Shown: piece after piece, positions 18,107 through 27,104 of the stretch
Position numbering within the stretch: position 1 is the first letter of the stretch
Layout of the letters: each line of letters starts with the position of its first letter
From: a virus
Taxonomy: Duplodnaviria; Heunggongvirae; Uroviricota; Caudoviricetes
IMG/VR virus record: IMGVR_UViG_3300010352_001127
Direction: 5' to 3' (one strand)
Length of the DNA: 64,000 nt
Translations under genes and position numbers: made by a program
The notes under the pieces: generated by a model
Told to the model about the DNA's origin: nothing
Database searches by the model: none
Seen by the model: the letters and a program-made list of their open reading frames with translations, nothing else

Positions 18107-18942
18107 TCAAATATTTTTTTTATATTTTTGAAGTTGTTATTTATAATCAGATTATAATCATAATATTTCTTGGATTCATTCATTTTAATTTCATTAATAT
18201 TTCTTTTCTTATTCCACAAATAACTTGATTTTATTTCAAAGACTATGTTTGTATTTTTTATTCTATAGTCTATATAATAATTATGTTCTTTTCCGCTATC
18301 ATCAAAATAACTTATACGAGGTCCTCTTTCAATCAAATCAAATTTACCGATGGATTCAACAAATTTTAAAAATTTTAATTCATAACTGCTTTGATAATCT
18401 ATGCCATTATATTGTTTTATTCTTATTCTTCCCCATCCACTATTAGGTTTTCTTCTCCCTTCTTTAAAAGCTTTAATGGCTGCATCACTCATTCTTTTTT
18501 TAATATCATCAGATAGTTTAGTCCCCTTTCTTTTTTCTGCCATTTTTATCCATCCTTGTTTTTCTTTTATTTTTTGTTTAGAAGATTCCCAAGTAAAAGG
18601 GTTTCCGTTCTCATTCAACCATTTTTTAAGCCCTATTTTAGCATTATTGTTTGGTTTTCCAAAATTTCCGTTTCTATCTCCTTTATTTTGACATTTGGTA
18701 CAAAAATGTTCATTTTTATCTGGTTTTAGATCTCTTATTCTTCTTTCGAATATTACACCACAATCATCACATTTTACTTTTATAAATTTTATTCTATAAT
18801 CTCTTTTTGATTTTAGTAATGACCAATGAACTAAAAAAGGTTCGTTTATATTTGGTCTATAACCGAGTGTTTTTTTCCATCTGTCGGGTTGAGTGTAATG
18901 TGTTAAGACAACTTCAACGTTTTCATATTCTTTTATATACAT
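18103..18942 (-). CDS. Freestanding homing-endonuclease-like protein: N-terminal Zn-ribbon (KVKCDDCG…CTKCQ) + C-terminal PD-(D/E)XK-like domain
   Basis: The N-terminal CxxC…CxxC segment is paralogous to those of 42922..44574 and 46691..47581. C-terminal …IDYRIKNTNIVFEIKSSY… resembles a D…E.K nuclease core. ATGA overlap with nadR. Confidence 0.4.
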   Translation of the reverse strand: MYIKEYENVEVVLTHYTQPDRWKKTLGYRPNINEPFLVHWSLLKSKRDYRIKFIKVKCDDCGVIFERRIRDLKPDKNEHFCTKCQNKGDRNGNFGKPNNNAKIGLKKWLNENGNPFTWESSKQKIKEKQGWIKMAEKRKGTKLSDDIKKRMSDAAIKAFKEGRRKPNSGWGRIRIKQYNGIDYQSSYELKFLKFVESIGKFDLIERGPRISYFDDSGKEHNYYIDYRIKNTNIVFEIKSSYLWNKKRNINEIKMNESKKYYDYNLIINNNFKNIKKIFE

Positions 18943-18956
18943 AAGAACTTTTTATT

Positions 18957-18971
18957 CTTATATATTAAAAA
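18957..18971 (-). promoter_or_regulatory. Promoter-like box CTTATATATTAAAAA upstream of 18103..18942
   Basis: Motif family member, 15 nt upstream of the ATG. Confidence 0.45.
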
Positions 18972-19008
18972 CTAAAAATCACTTTTAACCTTTTCATTGT
19001 GGTCATTT

Positions 19009-19434
19009 TCATTCACTCCAATCTTCTTCACCATACGGATCCAAATCATTAATTATTCTTTTATTGAGTTTATATTCTCTTTTATGTTCTCTCTTTTTTT
19101 CTTTCCATTCACTATAACTTCCACAATGATGATGTCTTATCATATTACATATATCTGGGAAACTTCTAACTACTTTAGTTGGCAAACTATATATATTTAT
19201 ATCTGATGATGCACAATTATCTAATAGATGTAATATATAATCAATAACATAATCTTCATTTTGATCTTTATAATGTTTTAAAAATTTTATAATGTCATCG
19301 ACATTCTTCCAGCTTAACTCGATTTTTTTTAAATCTAATATAGCTTGTGCGGCTTCTTCGCGTGTTAAATCTGTTCGATAACCATATTTATCGAAATCTT
19401 TAAAATCTTCAAATTTAGATAAATTACTTATCAT
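19009..19434 (-). CDS. Hypothetical protein ending in the DPYGEEDW motif
   Basis: C-terminus …NDLDPYGEEDWSE* (motif at 19018-19041). Confidence 0.45.
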   Translation of the reverse strand: MISNLSKFEDFKDFDKYGYRTDLTREEAAQAILDLKKIELSWKNVDDIIKFLKHYKDQNEDYVIDYILHLLDNCASSDINIYSLPTKVVRSFPDICNMIRHHHCGSYSEWKEKKREHKREYKLNKRIINDLDPYGEEDWSE

Positions 19435-19437
19435 ATG

Positions 19438-19758
19438 TCATTTAACTTTTTTAGTTTCATAAATATAACACTCATACCATCTTGAAGATACTCCATATTC
19501 ACATAATACATTTTCAAGAGATTGTTTGGGGAATTTAGTAAAAGATCCTTTTATTTCCAAGAACCAAGAATCTGGCACATATTTTTCTTTTATCCATTCT
19601 CTTGGATCTTTTTCCCATCCATTTAATATATTATACCAACCTTCACTTTTATATTTATTTGTGAGTTCTCCAACGAGAATTTCTTCGCCATTATTATGTT
19701 TAAGAATTATAATATCTTCAATTTCAATTTCGTCAAAACTTACTTTTTTCAATTTCAT
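19438..19758 (-). CDS. Hypothetical protein
   Basis: ORF in an operon context, with 4-nt overlaps on both sides. Confidence 0.4.
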   Translation of the reverse strand: MKLKKVSFDEIEIEDIIILKHNNGEEILVGELTNKYKSEGWYNILNGWEKDPREWIKEKYVPDSWFLEIKGSFTKFPKQSLENVLCEYGVSSRWYECYIYETKKVK

Positions 19759-20324
19759 TGTTGTTTTTTATATATTTTTGTCCAATTAATTAACCCGTAG
19801 ACGGCTACAAAAGTTATCACAATATATTCTAAAGATACTAAATATATTCCTTTTGAATAGAATAACCACACGCTTAACATATCCAATAATATCCATAGAA
19901 ACCATCCATATAAATATTTTTTAGATAGAAATACCACAGCAAATATACTCATTGTTGTGACAATAGCATCTAGTAAAGCAAATTGTGGTTGAAAGAATCC
20001 CAATACATAACCTCCTAATAAACAAAGAATTAGTATAACAATTCCAGTTATTATTACATTTTTTAATGAAGATATTTTTATCTTTTTACCTATATCTCTT
20101 CCCCAATATGTCCAACCGTATATTGAAACAATCGTAAAAAAGACTTGAAGCGCAACTTGTCCAAACAATTGATTTTTTAAAAAAAGTATAAAGAAAAATA
20201 TCTGTCCGATTATACCAACAGGCCAATTCCAAATTTTGTTTCTAGCAGCCAAAACTACTGCAGCAAAAGAAAACAATGTTCCAAATAATTCTAAATAAGA
20301 AAGTGTATATCCTAGTAATACCAT
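19755..20324 (-). CDS. pnuC: PnuC-family nicotinamide riboside transporter
   Basis: 189-aa polytopic membrane protein with Trp-rich TM helices typical of PnuC. Genomic association with nadR and pncA. Confidence 0.6.
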   Translation of the reverse strand: MVLLGYTLSYLELFGTLFSFAAVVLAARNKIWNWPVGIIGQIFFFILFLKNQLFGQVALQVFFTIVSIYGWTYWGRDIGKKIKISSLKNVIITGIVILILCLLGGYVLGFFQPQFALLDAIVTTMSIFAVVFLSKKYLYGWFLWILLDMLSVWLFYSKGIYLVSLEYIVITFVAVYGLINWTKIYKKQQ

Positions 20325-20779
20325 TATTTATTTATCTTAATATACTTACCAATAATAGCTGATTTATCCAACACATGTCCATCAATTTCTTTCAAAAGTT
20401 CGGCTTTAGTATATCCTTCTTTGTTCAAAAAACAATCTAAAGCAAATATCTTAAAGAAATATCTATGAACACCATTTGGAGGGCATGGACCTTTATAATC
20501 AAATTGTTTATAGTCATTTTTTCCAAATAAAATTGGTGGTTGTGAATCTCCTTTTGTAAAGTGTTCATTAAACATAGTTGTAGTTGGTGGAATATTATAT
20601 ACAATCCAATGTACCCAATCTCCAACTGGAGCGTCGGGATCATCAACTAATAAAGCTAGACTAACAGTCGCTTTTGGAAAACCACTCCATTCTAGCTGAG
20701 GTGATACATTTACTCCCTCGCAAGTAAATTTGGAAGGAATAAATTCACCATGTCTAAACGCGTTACTTCTTATTTCCAT
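20324..20779 (-). CDS. PEBP-family protein (YbhB/YbcL-like)
   Basis: LVDDPDAP…W.HW and GPCPP.G.HRY motifs of bacterial phosphatidylethanolamine-binding proteins. Confidence 0.7.
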   Translation of the reverse strand: MEIRSNAFRHGEFIPSKFTCEGVNVSPQLEWSGFPKATVSLALLVDDPDAPVGDWVHWIVYNIPPTTTMFNEHFTKGDSQPPILFGKNDYKQFDYKGPCPPNGVHRYFFKIFALDCFLNKEGYTKAELLKEIDGHVLDKSAIIGKYIKINK

Positions 20780-22847
20780 CTTTTTCTTTTAACATTATTT
20801 TTAATTGAGCAAAACAATTAAATGGTACTCCTACAAAATAAAGTGGTTGATCTCCACTCCAATTTAATTGACCGCTCGCGAAATATTTTTGATTTGTTAT
20901 ATTATTAAAATAGATATTAAAATCTATCCAGTTCCAACTAACACCCAATTTTCCATTTAAAGTGTAATAAGAATCAATAGTTTCGGCTAAATCCGTCCCC
21001 AACCATTTTGTATATCCGATGATACTTCCATCTTGATATCTACAAGATAAACCTACTACAAACCATTTATATTTATAATGACCTTCTATGTTACCTATCC
21101 ATTTTGGAGATAATATTGGTTTATTTATTTGATTATTAGATTGTTTTATACCACAATCATTATACGAACCATTTACACCAATTCCTAAACCAAAATCCCA
21201 TTTGTATTTGAAATCTGCTTCAATTCCTCTTCTATAACTCTGTTTTACGTTATCGTGTAATGGAACTCCACTCATACCTATTTTACCATTTAAAACAATT
21301 TCATTACTAAAATTCATATGGAAAAAATTGAAATTTATATAAAAATTTTTTTCTACTACACGAATACCAAGTTCATTATCTCGCGATTGTTCGGAATTAA
21401 GATTGTTATAAACAGCGTTACCAAGAGTATCACATGGTAAGTAGTTATACCCATTTAATACATCATTTCTTGATGGTTCACGATTATTTACACCATAACT
21501 ATAATAAAACACAGTTCTATTTAAATTGTAATCTATTCCTAAATCATAATTTATAAAATTCCAATGTAAATCTGGCATAACAACATTATAATGAGGAGTA
21601 AAGTTCTCATCATAAGAAACATCGCCTTTATATTTAAAATCTGTATATCTATATTGAACATCGCCAAAAAGATTCAGATCTTTCCAAACATTATATTTAA
21701 CTTTCAAATAACTACTTATTTCATTTCTATATCCAGTGTTTGTGTATTGATATCCATAAATATCATTATTCCCTATATGTTCTCTATCATATGTAAAACC
21801 GTGAGTTCCTAAATCGAAATAAAATCCTTTTATATTTTTTGAAAAATTTAAATATCCACCATACCAATTAGATTTAAAAGTATATTTGTCTATACCATAA
21901 TTAATATTATTCTGTAAGAAATTCTGTAAATCAAAAGTATAATAGCCGTGAAGATAATTATAATAAAGAGCATAATTCAATTTCGTTTCTTTATTGAAAT
22001 TTATTATGTGGTGAAATTGAACGTGTGTCTGAGCAAAATTATCTTGTTCTTTGTCTGTCGCACCGTTTGTTTTCCTATCTTCTCGAACTTTTTCCAACGG
22101 AACGCCCAACCACGCTAACTGATTATTTTGGGCTCCTATAAAAGATACTATTTTGAATGTATGTTTTTTTACATTAAAATATGAATTTAAAAATAAACTC
22201 TGTCCTTTATTACTGGAATGATATTTATATCCTTTTGTTTCTATATCTGATAATTGAAAGTAATAACCGCCACGTTTAAAATTTTGATCGACCTCTGCTC
22301 CAATATTAAAACTATTGAAAGATCCGTATCCAAATTTAGCCGTCGCTTTATCATAAGTAGGGAAATGGGAATCAAAATTTAAACCACCTCCAAAACAAGA
22401 TGATCCATTTTTTGTTAAACTATTACCTCTTTGTATTTGAATCAAATCTAATGAATTAAAGAAATCTGGATAGTTTGAAAAATACAATCCTTGATCTTCG
22501 GGCTCATTCATTGGCACTCCGTTTAGAGTGAAATTAATACGAGTTTGATCAATTCCTCTCATACGAATATAAGAATATCCATAGGGGCTACCAGCATCAG
22601 AATAAGATGTGATAGAGGGTGTTGTAATAAGAATATCAGAAGGCTCTTGCCCGTGATATTTAAAATTTATTTCGTTCTTATTTAAATTTGTAAAAGTAAT
22701 AGGAGTAAGATGATTCGCCTTGTATGGCGCTGTAATATTAACCTCTTTTAATTCTATCGTGTCCTTACCAATATGATAAATAGTGTCTTGACTATAACCC
22801 CCGATAGCGAAGATAAATAGAATAATAATAAATAATGTTCTTTTCAT
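20763..22847 (-). CDS. TonB-dependent outer-membrane receptor (signal peptide, plug, ~22-strand barrel; 694 aa)
   Basis: N-terminal signal peptide plus TonB-box/plug region (LKEVNITA…, SYIRMRGIDQTRINFTLNGVPMNEPEDQGLYFSNYPDF). Long Tyr/Asn/Gly-rich beta-barrel body. Overlaps the PEBP gene by 17 nt (operon). Confidence 0.65.
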   Translation of the reverse strand: MKRTLFIIILFIFAIGGYSQDTIYHIGKDTIELKEVNITAPYKANHLTPITFTNLNKNEINFKYHGQEPSDILITTPSITSYSDAGSPYGYSYIRMRGIDQTRINFTLNGVPMNEPEDQGLYFSNYPDFFNSLDLIQIQRGNSLTKNGSSCFGGGLNFDSHFPTYDKATAKFGYGSFNSFNIGAEVDQNFKRGGYYFQLSDIETKGYKYHSSNKGQSLFLNSYFNVKKHTFKIVSFIGAQNNQLAWLGVPLEKVREDRKTNGATDKEQDNFAQTHVQFHHIINFNKETKLNYALYYNYLHGYYTFDLQNFLQNNINYGIDKYTFKSNWYGGYLNFSKNIKGFYFDLGTHGFTYDREHIGNNDIYGYQYTNTGYRNEISSYLKVKYNVWKDLNLFGDVQYRYTDFKYKGDVSYDENFTPHYNVVMPDLHWNFINYDLGIDYNLNRTVFYYSYGVNNREPSRNDVLNGYNYLPCDTLGNAVYNNLNSEQSRDNELGIRVVEKNFYINFNFFHMNFSNEIVLNGKIGMSGVPLHDNVKQSYRRGIEADFKYKWDFGLGIGVNGSYNDCGIKQSNNQINKPILSPKWIGNIEGHYKYKWFVVGLSCRYQDGSIIGYTKWLGTDLAETIDSYYTLNGKLGVSWNWIDFNIYFNNITNQKYFASGQLNWSGDQPLYFVGVPFNCFAQLKIMLKEKDGNKK

Positions 22848-23362
22848 TTGTGATATTTTTCGTTAAATTTAAAACTCCATTCTGGATTTGGCCTGTATTT
22901 AGTGTTTAGAAAATATTTATATACATATTTCCAATCCTTTTTTGGATTAAATCCAGCCTTGTCTTCCCAAAGAGAATTGAAATATGGTTTTTTGTCATAA
23001 AATCCAAAACTTCCTTTAGCGTCAGAAATTTCTGGATTATCATTCACGTACTTAAAATATATACCATCTTCTTCGAATTGTTTCATATACTTTTCAATCT
23101 CGTTTTTATAAGAAGATGTGAATATAAACAATATCATATCACGGCGGTTCTTTGTAAGATATTGTAAAGTTTCTTTGGCATAAGGATAGTAATTTATTCT
23201 AAATTCACCTTCACCTTTTTCAGATTTACGATAATCTGGCTCGGATATAACTCCATGAATATCAAAGCAATGATAGGTTTCATACCACTGCCTTTCTTTG
23301 GCGTGTTTAAACATTTTATCCATCCAAACAAGTAAAGATGGTTTATAGCAAGGATTTAGCAT
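22844..23362 (-). CDS. Hypothetical protein, possibly HAD-like 5'(3')-deoxyribonucleotidase-like with an altered motif I (FDIHGVI instead of DxDG)
   Basis: Weak resemblance only. First gene of the TonB-receptor operon; TATATA box at about 23374-23388. Confidence 0.3.
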   Translation of the reverse strand: MLNPCYKPSLLVWMDKMFKHAKERQWYETYHCFDIHGVISEPDYRKSEKGEGEFRINYYPYAKETLQYLTKNRRDMILFIFTSSYKNEIEKYMKQFEEDGIYFKYVNDNPEISDAKGSFGFYDKKPYFNSLWEDKAGFNPKKDWKYVYKYFLNTKYRPNPEWSFKFNEKYHK

Positions 23363-23499
23363 ATAAATATTTTTTTATATAACTTTTTTATTTTTAAGCC
23401 ATATAATTCGAACAAAATTAAATATTTTTTTATTAATAAAAAAATTTTGTAACCGATAAGAAAAATTAGCGTCTAATCTAGAAAATAAAAACATAAAAT

Positions 23500-23793
23500 A
23501 TGAACAGATTGTATAGAGCATCTAAAGATCGCATTTTCGGTGGAGTTTGCGGAGGAATTGGGAAGTATTTCGATATTGATCCAGTTATTATAAGACTTAT
23601 TTGGCTATTGTTTGCCCTTTGTGCTGGCTTTGCTATTTTCATTTATATTATAGCATGGATAATAATTCCAAATGAACCTTTGGAAATAAAACCAGAAAAA
23701 CCTATTAAAGAAAAGGAAGTTAAAGAAGACCCAATAGAAGAGCAGACCTTTGAAAAGCCAAGAGCTAGAAAAAAGGGAAATAATACAAAATAA
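23500..23793 (+). CDS. PspC-domain membrane protein
   Basis: LYRS.DRIFGGVCGGIGKYFDIDPVIIRLIWLL followed by a TM helix. Confidence 0.65.
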   Translation: MNRLYRASKDRIFGGVCGGIGKYFDIDPVIIRLIWLLFALCAGFAIFIYIIAWIIIPNEPLEIKPEKPIKEKEVKEDPIEEQTFEKPRARKKGNNTK

Positions 23794-23802
23794 TTCTTCT
23801 GT

Positions 23803-25257
23803 TTAAGCTGCAGGCGTAGCTGGTGCTGGAGGTTGATCTTCTTTAAATCCGTAAGTCACCTCAGTCTTCGTTTTACCAGGAGTTTTACCTGGCACTTTCT
23901 TAGAATCTATAGCATATAAAAGATCTATGTCATAGTAATCCTCACCAACTTTACCTATAGTTTTATTTAACTCAAATCTGTGTGTGACATCAGGAGGTGT
24001 TCGTTTATTCTTATCGTGATAAACATCAACAGCATATTTTTTCCAAATCCATGTATTTAAAGGTTTTGAGAAAACCGAATCTTCTTTAGCATACCATTTC
24101 TTTGTATATTCACACCAAACGATGTGTGGGGATCGTGGGAAAGCATATTCATTATTGTAAGAAAGTCTTATCACGTCTTCTGTGGCACAATAAGCATTAT
24201 CATACCTACACCAAGTAGCTCTACTTTCGGGAATATCTTCATCGTTATAACCATCGTGAACAATTGGATCATAATCATCGTCGTCTCTCCATTGTTCATA
24301 ATGCCCTTCGGTGTCAGTTAAAGTATAATATTCTCCCTCAAGATCATCGACACTCGATAGTTTCTTTTGTTCATGATAAAAATATCTTAAAGTATCCACA
24401 TAAGGAAATAAATCAAAGTTCGTATTTTCTAAAATAACTTCCATCTCAATATCCTGAGATCCTTTACCAGGAACAATTATATAAGTTCCACCATATTTTT
24501 GTTCGTCTTTACAATACCATCCTTCACGTTTAGCATAATTGGTGAATAATATTTCATCTTCGTCTTTATTAGTATAAACTCTATCCATAAAAATAGCTCC
24601 TTCCGGTTTTGATAATTTCCAAACTAACGCTCTTCCTCTAATCTTATTACCATCGCTATTTTTAAGTATGAACAATTTACATTGTTTTGGATTGTTTCTA
24701 TAGATGTTTAAAAATCTTCCACAATCCTCGTGTGACATACAAGAAGCTCCCATAGTACCGCGTAGACTATCATAATTTCTTGCATCATACCAATAAACAA
24801 TGTTGTCTCCATCAACCAATTCAAAATTACCAGATTCTTCAGTTTCTTTTACTATGGTTTTAAACTTCTTCACGAACTTTTGGACAGAATCCTCACTAAA
24901 TTTTGGAAGATTTTGAATGATGAATCTTCCAATTTTTTGAGTAGTTCTCATTTTAGAAGTCCAAAATTCTTCCTTGGGCTTACCTTCTTTTTTGAGTCTT
25001 TCTATTCTAGAAGATTGTAAAAAAGAAACACTCTCACCGTCATCTTCTACATCAACGTAAGAGAAATCAAAGAGACGATCGACTTCTTCGAGTTCTAAAA
25101 TACGTTTTGATATATTACTTTGTTTTATGTTCTGAATAGAAATTAAAACATCTTTAAATCTATCAGATAATATCATTTTTTGATCGGGCTGCTTTACTTT
25201 TTTCTCTCCTTTTTCGGCAGCTTCTTTCAAATAATCAAAATATTTATTAATACTCAT
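23803..25257 (-). CDS. Family-X paralog A (unknown function; conserved R…SC(M/A)…NPD…GRA..W…FMDRVY…YPYVDTL core) with C-terminal aromatic WCxYD repeats
   Basis: Core aligns with 27098.., 28342.., 29344.., 40330.. and 41404... C-terminal repeats TWCRYDNAYCATEDVIRL / VWCEYTKKWYAKEDSVFS / TWIWKKYAVDVY. Confidence 0.55.
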   Translation of the reverse strand: MSINKYFDYLKEAAEKGEKKVKQPDQKMILSDRFKDVLISIQNIKQSNISKRILELEEVDRLFDFSYVDVEDDGESVSFLQSSRIERLKKEGKPKEEFWTSKMRTTQKIGRFIIQNLPKFSEDSVQKFVKKFKTIVKETEESGNFELVDGDNIVYWYDARNYDSLRGTMGASCMSHEDCGRFLNIYRNNPKQCKLFILKNSDGNKIRGRALVWKLSKPEGAIFMDRVYTNKDEDEILFTNYAKREGWYCKDEQKYGGTYIIVPGKGSQDIEMEVILENTNFDLFPYVDTLRYFYHEQKKLSSVDDLEGEYYTLTDTEGHYEQWRDDDDYDPIVHDGYNDEDIPESRATWCRYDNAYCATEDVIRLSYNNEYAFPRSPHIVWCEYTKKWYAKEDSVFSKPLNTWIWKKYAVDVYHDKNKRTPPDVTHRFELNKTIGKVGEDYYDIDLLYAIDSKKVPGKTPGKTKTEVTYGFKEDQPPAPATPAA

Positions 25258-25276
25258 TTTCTATACAAAATATTTT

Positions 25277-26773
25277 TTAGAATTTCATGTCACCGACATC
25301 AACTCTTATGTCTTTTTCTCCTTTATTCTTAAATGAAATTTTAATGATCAGTTTGTCTGGTCGAATTCCAATAATTTTTCCTTCACCAAAAATGGGGTGG
25401 AAAATTACTAATCCTTCTTTCAAATCTTTTTCTGTGAGTTTCCTACTACCACCGGATTCAGATTTTTTCTTAAAATCGTACTTTGAGAATTTATCTGGTG
25501 GAAGAATGAATTTGCTATTCATAGTGGTTGTTATAATCACTTTTGGATGAGGTCCTTCATTATCCACTTCTGTTATTGTTCCAAAAAGTTCACCTGTTTT
25601 ACTATAAATTTCCATATCCTTTTTGGCTTCATCGAAAGTAACAGGACTCATTCCCTTACTATCAACAACTTCTTCTCTCTTAACTTTCGTAGGATCAAAA
25701 TCTGGTGTTGTGTAGAATCCTACGTAATCAACCCAAATAGCGTCTTTCTTTAGACACCATTGTTTGTCGTGTTCGCACCATTGAGCATCGGCCACCTTAA
25801 CGGTATTTCCGAGATAGTCTTTGACCTCTGTTTGACCCGGTGCTAATTGTCCTGGTCCTGTTGTTGTAGATCTTGCGGATGTAGTTTGTCCGTAACCTCC
25901 GCCTTCCCACCAACGATCATCACGTTCCCAATCTGAATAATATTTACCACGACGTGAGTAAGAATATTGATGCTCAACTTTAGTTGGATCTCTTTTCACT
26001 GGAAGAGTTTCCCAATCTACTTTACAACAAGCTTCTGCTAACTTTTCCAAAAAAACTATATTTTGTTTTTCGCGAACTGAGTGTTGATCATCATAACCAA
26101 CACTAAGATTTGTACACTCGGGGAATTTTTCAGCAACTTGATGTGAATCTGTTACAGCTCCTGTTGGATCTTGTTTATATTTAAATCCACCAGCTTCATT
26201 TAACCTTTTAGCTAATTCATCTGCAAATTCAGCCGAACAACATCTTTCACCCATTTGGAAAGTAATAACACTATCATAATCTCTACGGTCTAATGAAATT
26301 ACTTTATTTATTTTTTTATATAATTCGTCATCTTTATTGCTACCCAAATATGTATTTAGAGCTCTAGATCCAACGCAACCATGTTCTTCACCATGAAAGA
26401 AATAATAAAGACCTTGAATACCTTTCCCTATCATATATATCATAATAGTAGCGCCAGCTTTATCGTCCGCACCAAGTAGGGTTTTTCCGTCTGTTTCGAT
26501 GTAATCTCCTTTGATGACATGCTTAACTTCTTTTGGTTGTCCGCTGTCTGCTGTATCCATATGGCAAGCAAACATAACGGTAGGATCTCCAATTTTGAAA
26601 TAATAATTTCCATTGGCATCCTTTTTCCACCCGCTAGGCAAATAAGGTTCTATCAACTTTTCGTTGCCTCCTGGCATTGTGGTACTTGTTAATTTTAAAA
26701 ATAGGTCTTTGATTGTGGACATTTTATTTATGCTTATTTTTTTATCTTCTTTATTTTCAACAAAATCTTTCAT
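25277..26773 (-). CDS. M20/M28-type co-catalytic zinc metallopeptidase-like protein with a C-terminal aromatic WCxHD module shared with family X
   Basis: HMDTA…DGKTLLGADDKAG…HGEEHG…DSH…DDQH pattern (the H, D, EE, D, H ligand set of M20/M28 peptidases). Paralog of 30891..32039. C-terminal AQWCEHDKQWCLKKDAIWVDY resembles the repeats in 23803... Confidence 0.5.
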   Translation of the reverse strand: MKDFVENKEDKKISINKMSTIKDLFLKLTSTTMPGGNEKLIEPYLPSGWKKDANGNYYFKIGDPTVMFACHMDTADSGQPKEVKHVIKGDYIETDGKTLLGADDKAGATIMIYMIGKGIQGLYYFFHGEEHGCVGSRALNTYLGSNKDDELYKKINKVISLDRRDYDSVITFQMGERCCSAEFADELAKRLNEAGGFKYKQDPTGAVTDSHQVAEKFPECTNLSVGYDDQHSVREKQNIVFLEKLAEACCKVDWETLPVKRDPTKVEHQYSYSRRGKYYSDWERDDRWWEGGGYGQTTSARSTTTGPGQLAPGQTEVKDYLGNTVKVADAQWCEHDKQWCLKKDAIWVDYVGFYTTPDFDPTKVKREEVVDSKGMSPVTFDEAKKDMEIYSKTGELFGTITEVDNEGPHPKVIITTTMNSKFILPPDKFSKYDFKKKSESGGSRKLTEKDLKEGLVIFHPIFGEGKIIGIRPDKLIIKISFKNKGEKDIRVDVGDMKF

Positions 26774-26837
26774 TTTAGTAGATAATTTTGTTGTTGGTTC
26801 TTTCTTTTTATATCGCGTTTCCTTTTCCTCTTCTTCT

Positions 26838-27068
26838 TCAATTTCTTTGGTACATTTGATTTCTATACGGCGTGAAATCTTTATCTGATAAAAAATTTTC
26901 TACTCTTTTGTTCGATTCACTTTTACCGCCTAATTTATATTCGTCATCTAAAACTCTGCTTAAAAATTTAGCAACTTCTTTTGCACTGGAATTTAACAAT
27001 TGTTTTTTGAGTTCCCCCAATTCACTTTCAGATAGATCTCCTACTTTAGTTTTTGACAAATCGAACAT
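26838..27068 (-). CDS. Small hypothetical protein (76 aa)
   Basis: CTATATATTAAAAA box at 27091-27104, 23 nt upstream of the ATG. Confidence 0.4.
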   Translation of the reverse strand: MFDLSKTKVGDLSESELGELKKQLLNSSAKEVAKFLSRVLDDEYKLGGKSESNKRVENFLSDKDFTPYRNQMYQRN

Positions 27069-27090
27069 TTATATTCTATTATTTTTTATT

Positions 27091-27104
27091 CTATATATTA
27101 AAAA
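27091..27104 (-). promoter_or_regulatory. Promoter-like box CTATATATTAAAAA upstream of 26838..27068 (overlaps the stop codon of the 27098 gene)
   Basis: Motif family member. Confidence 0.45.
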
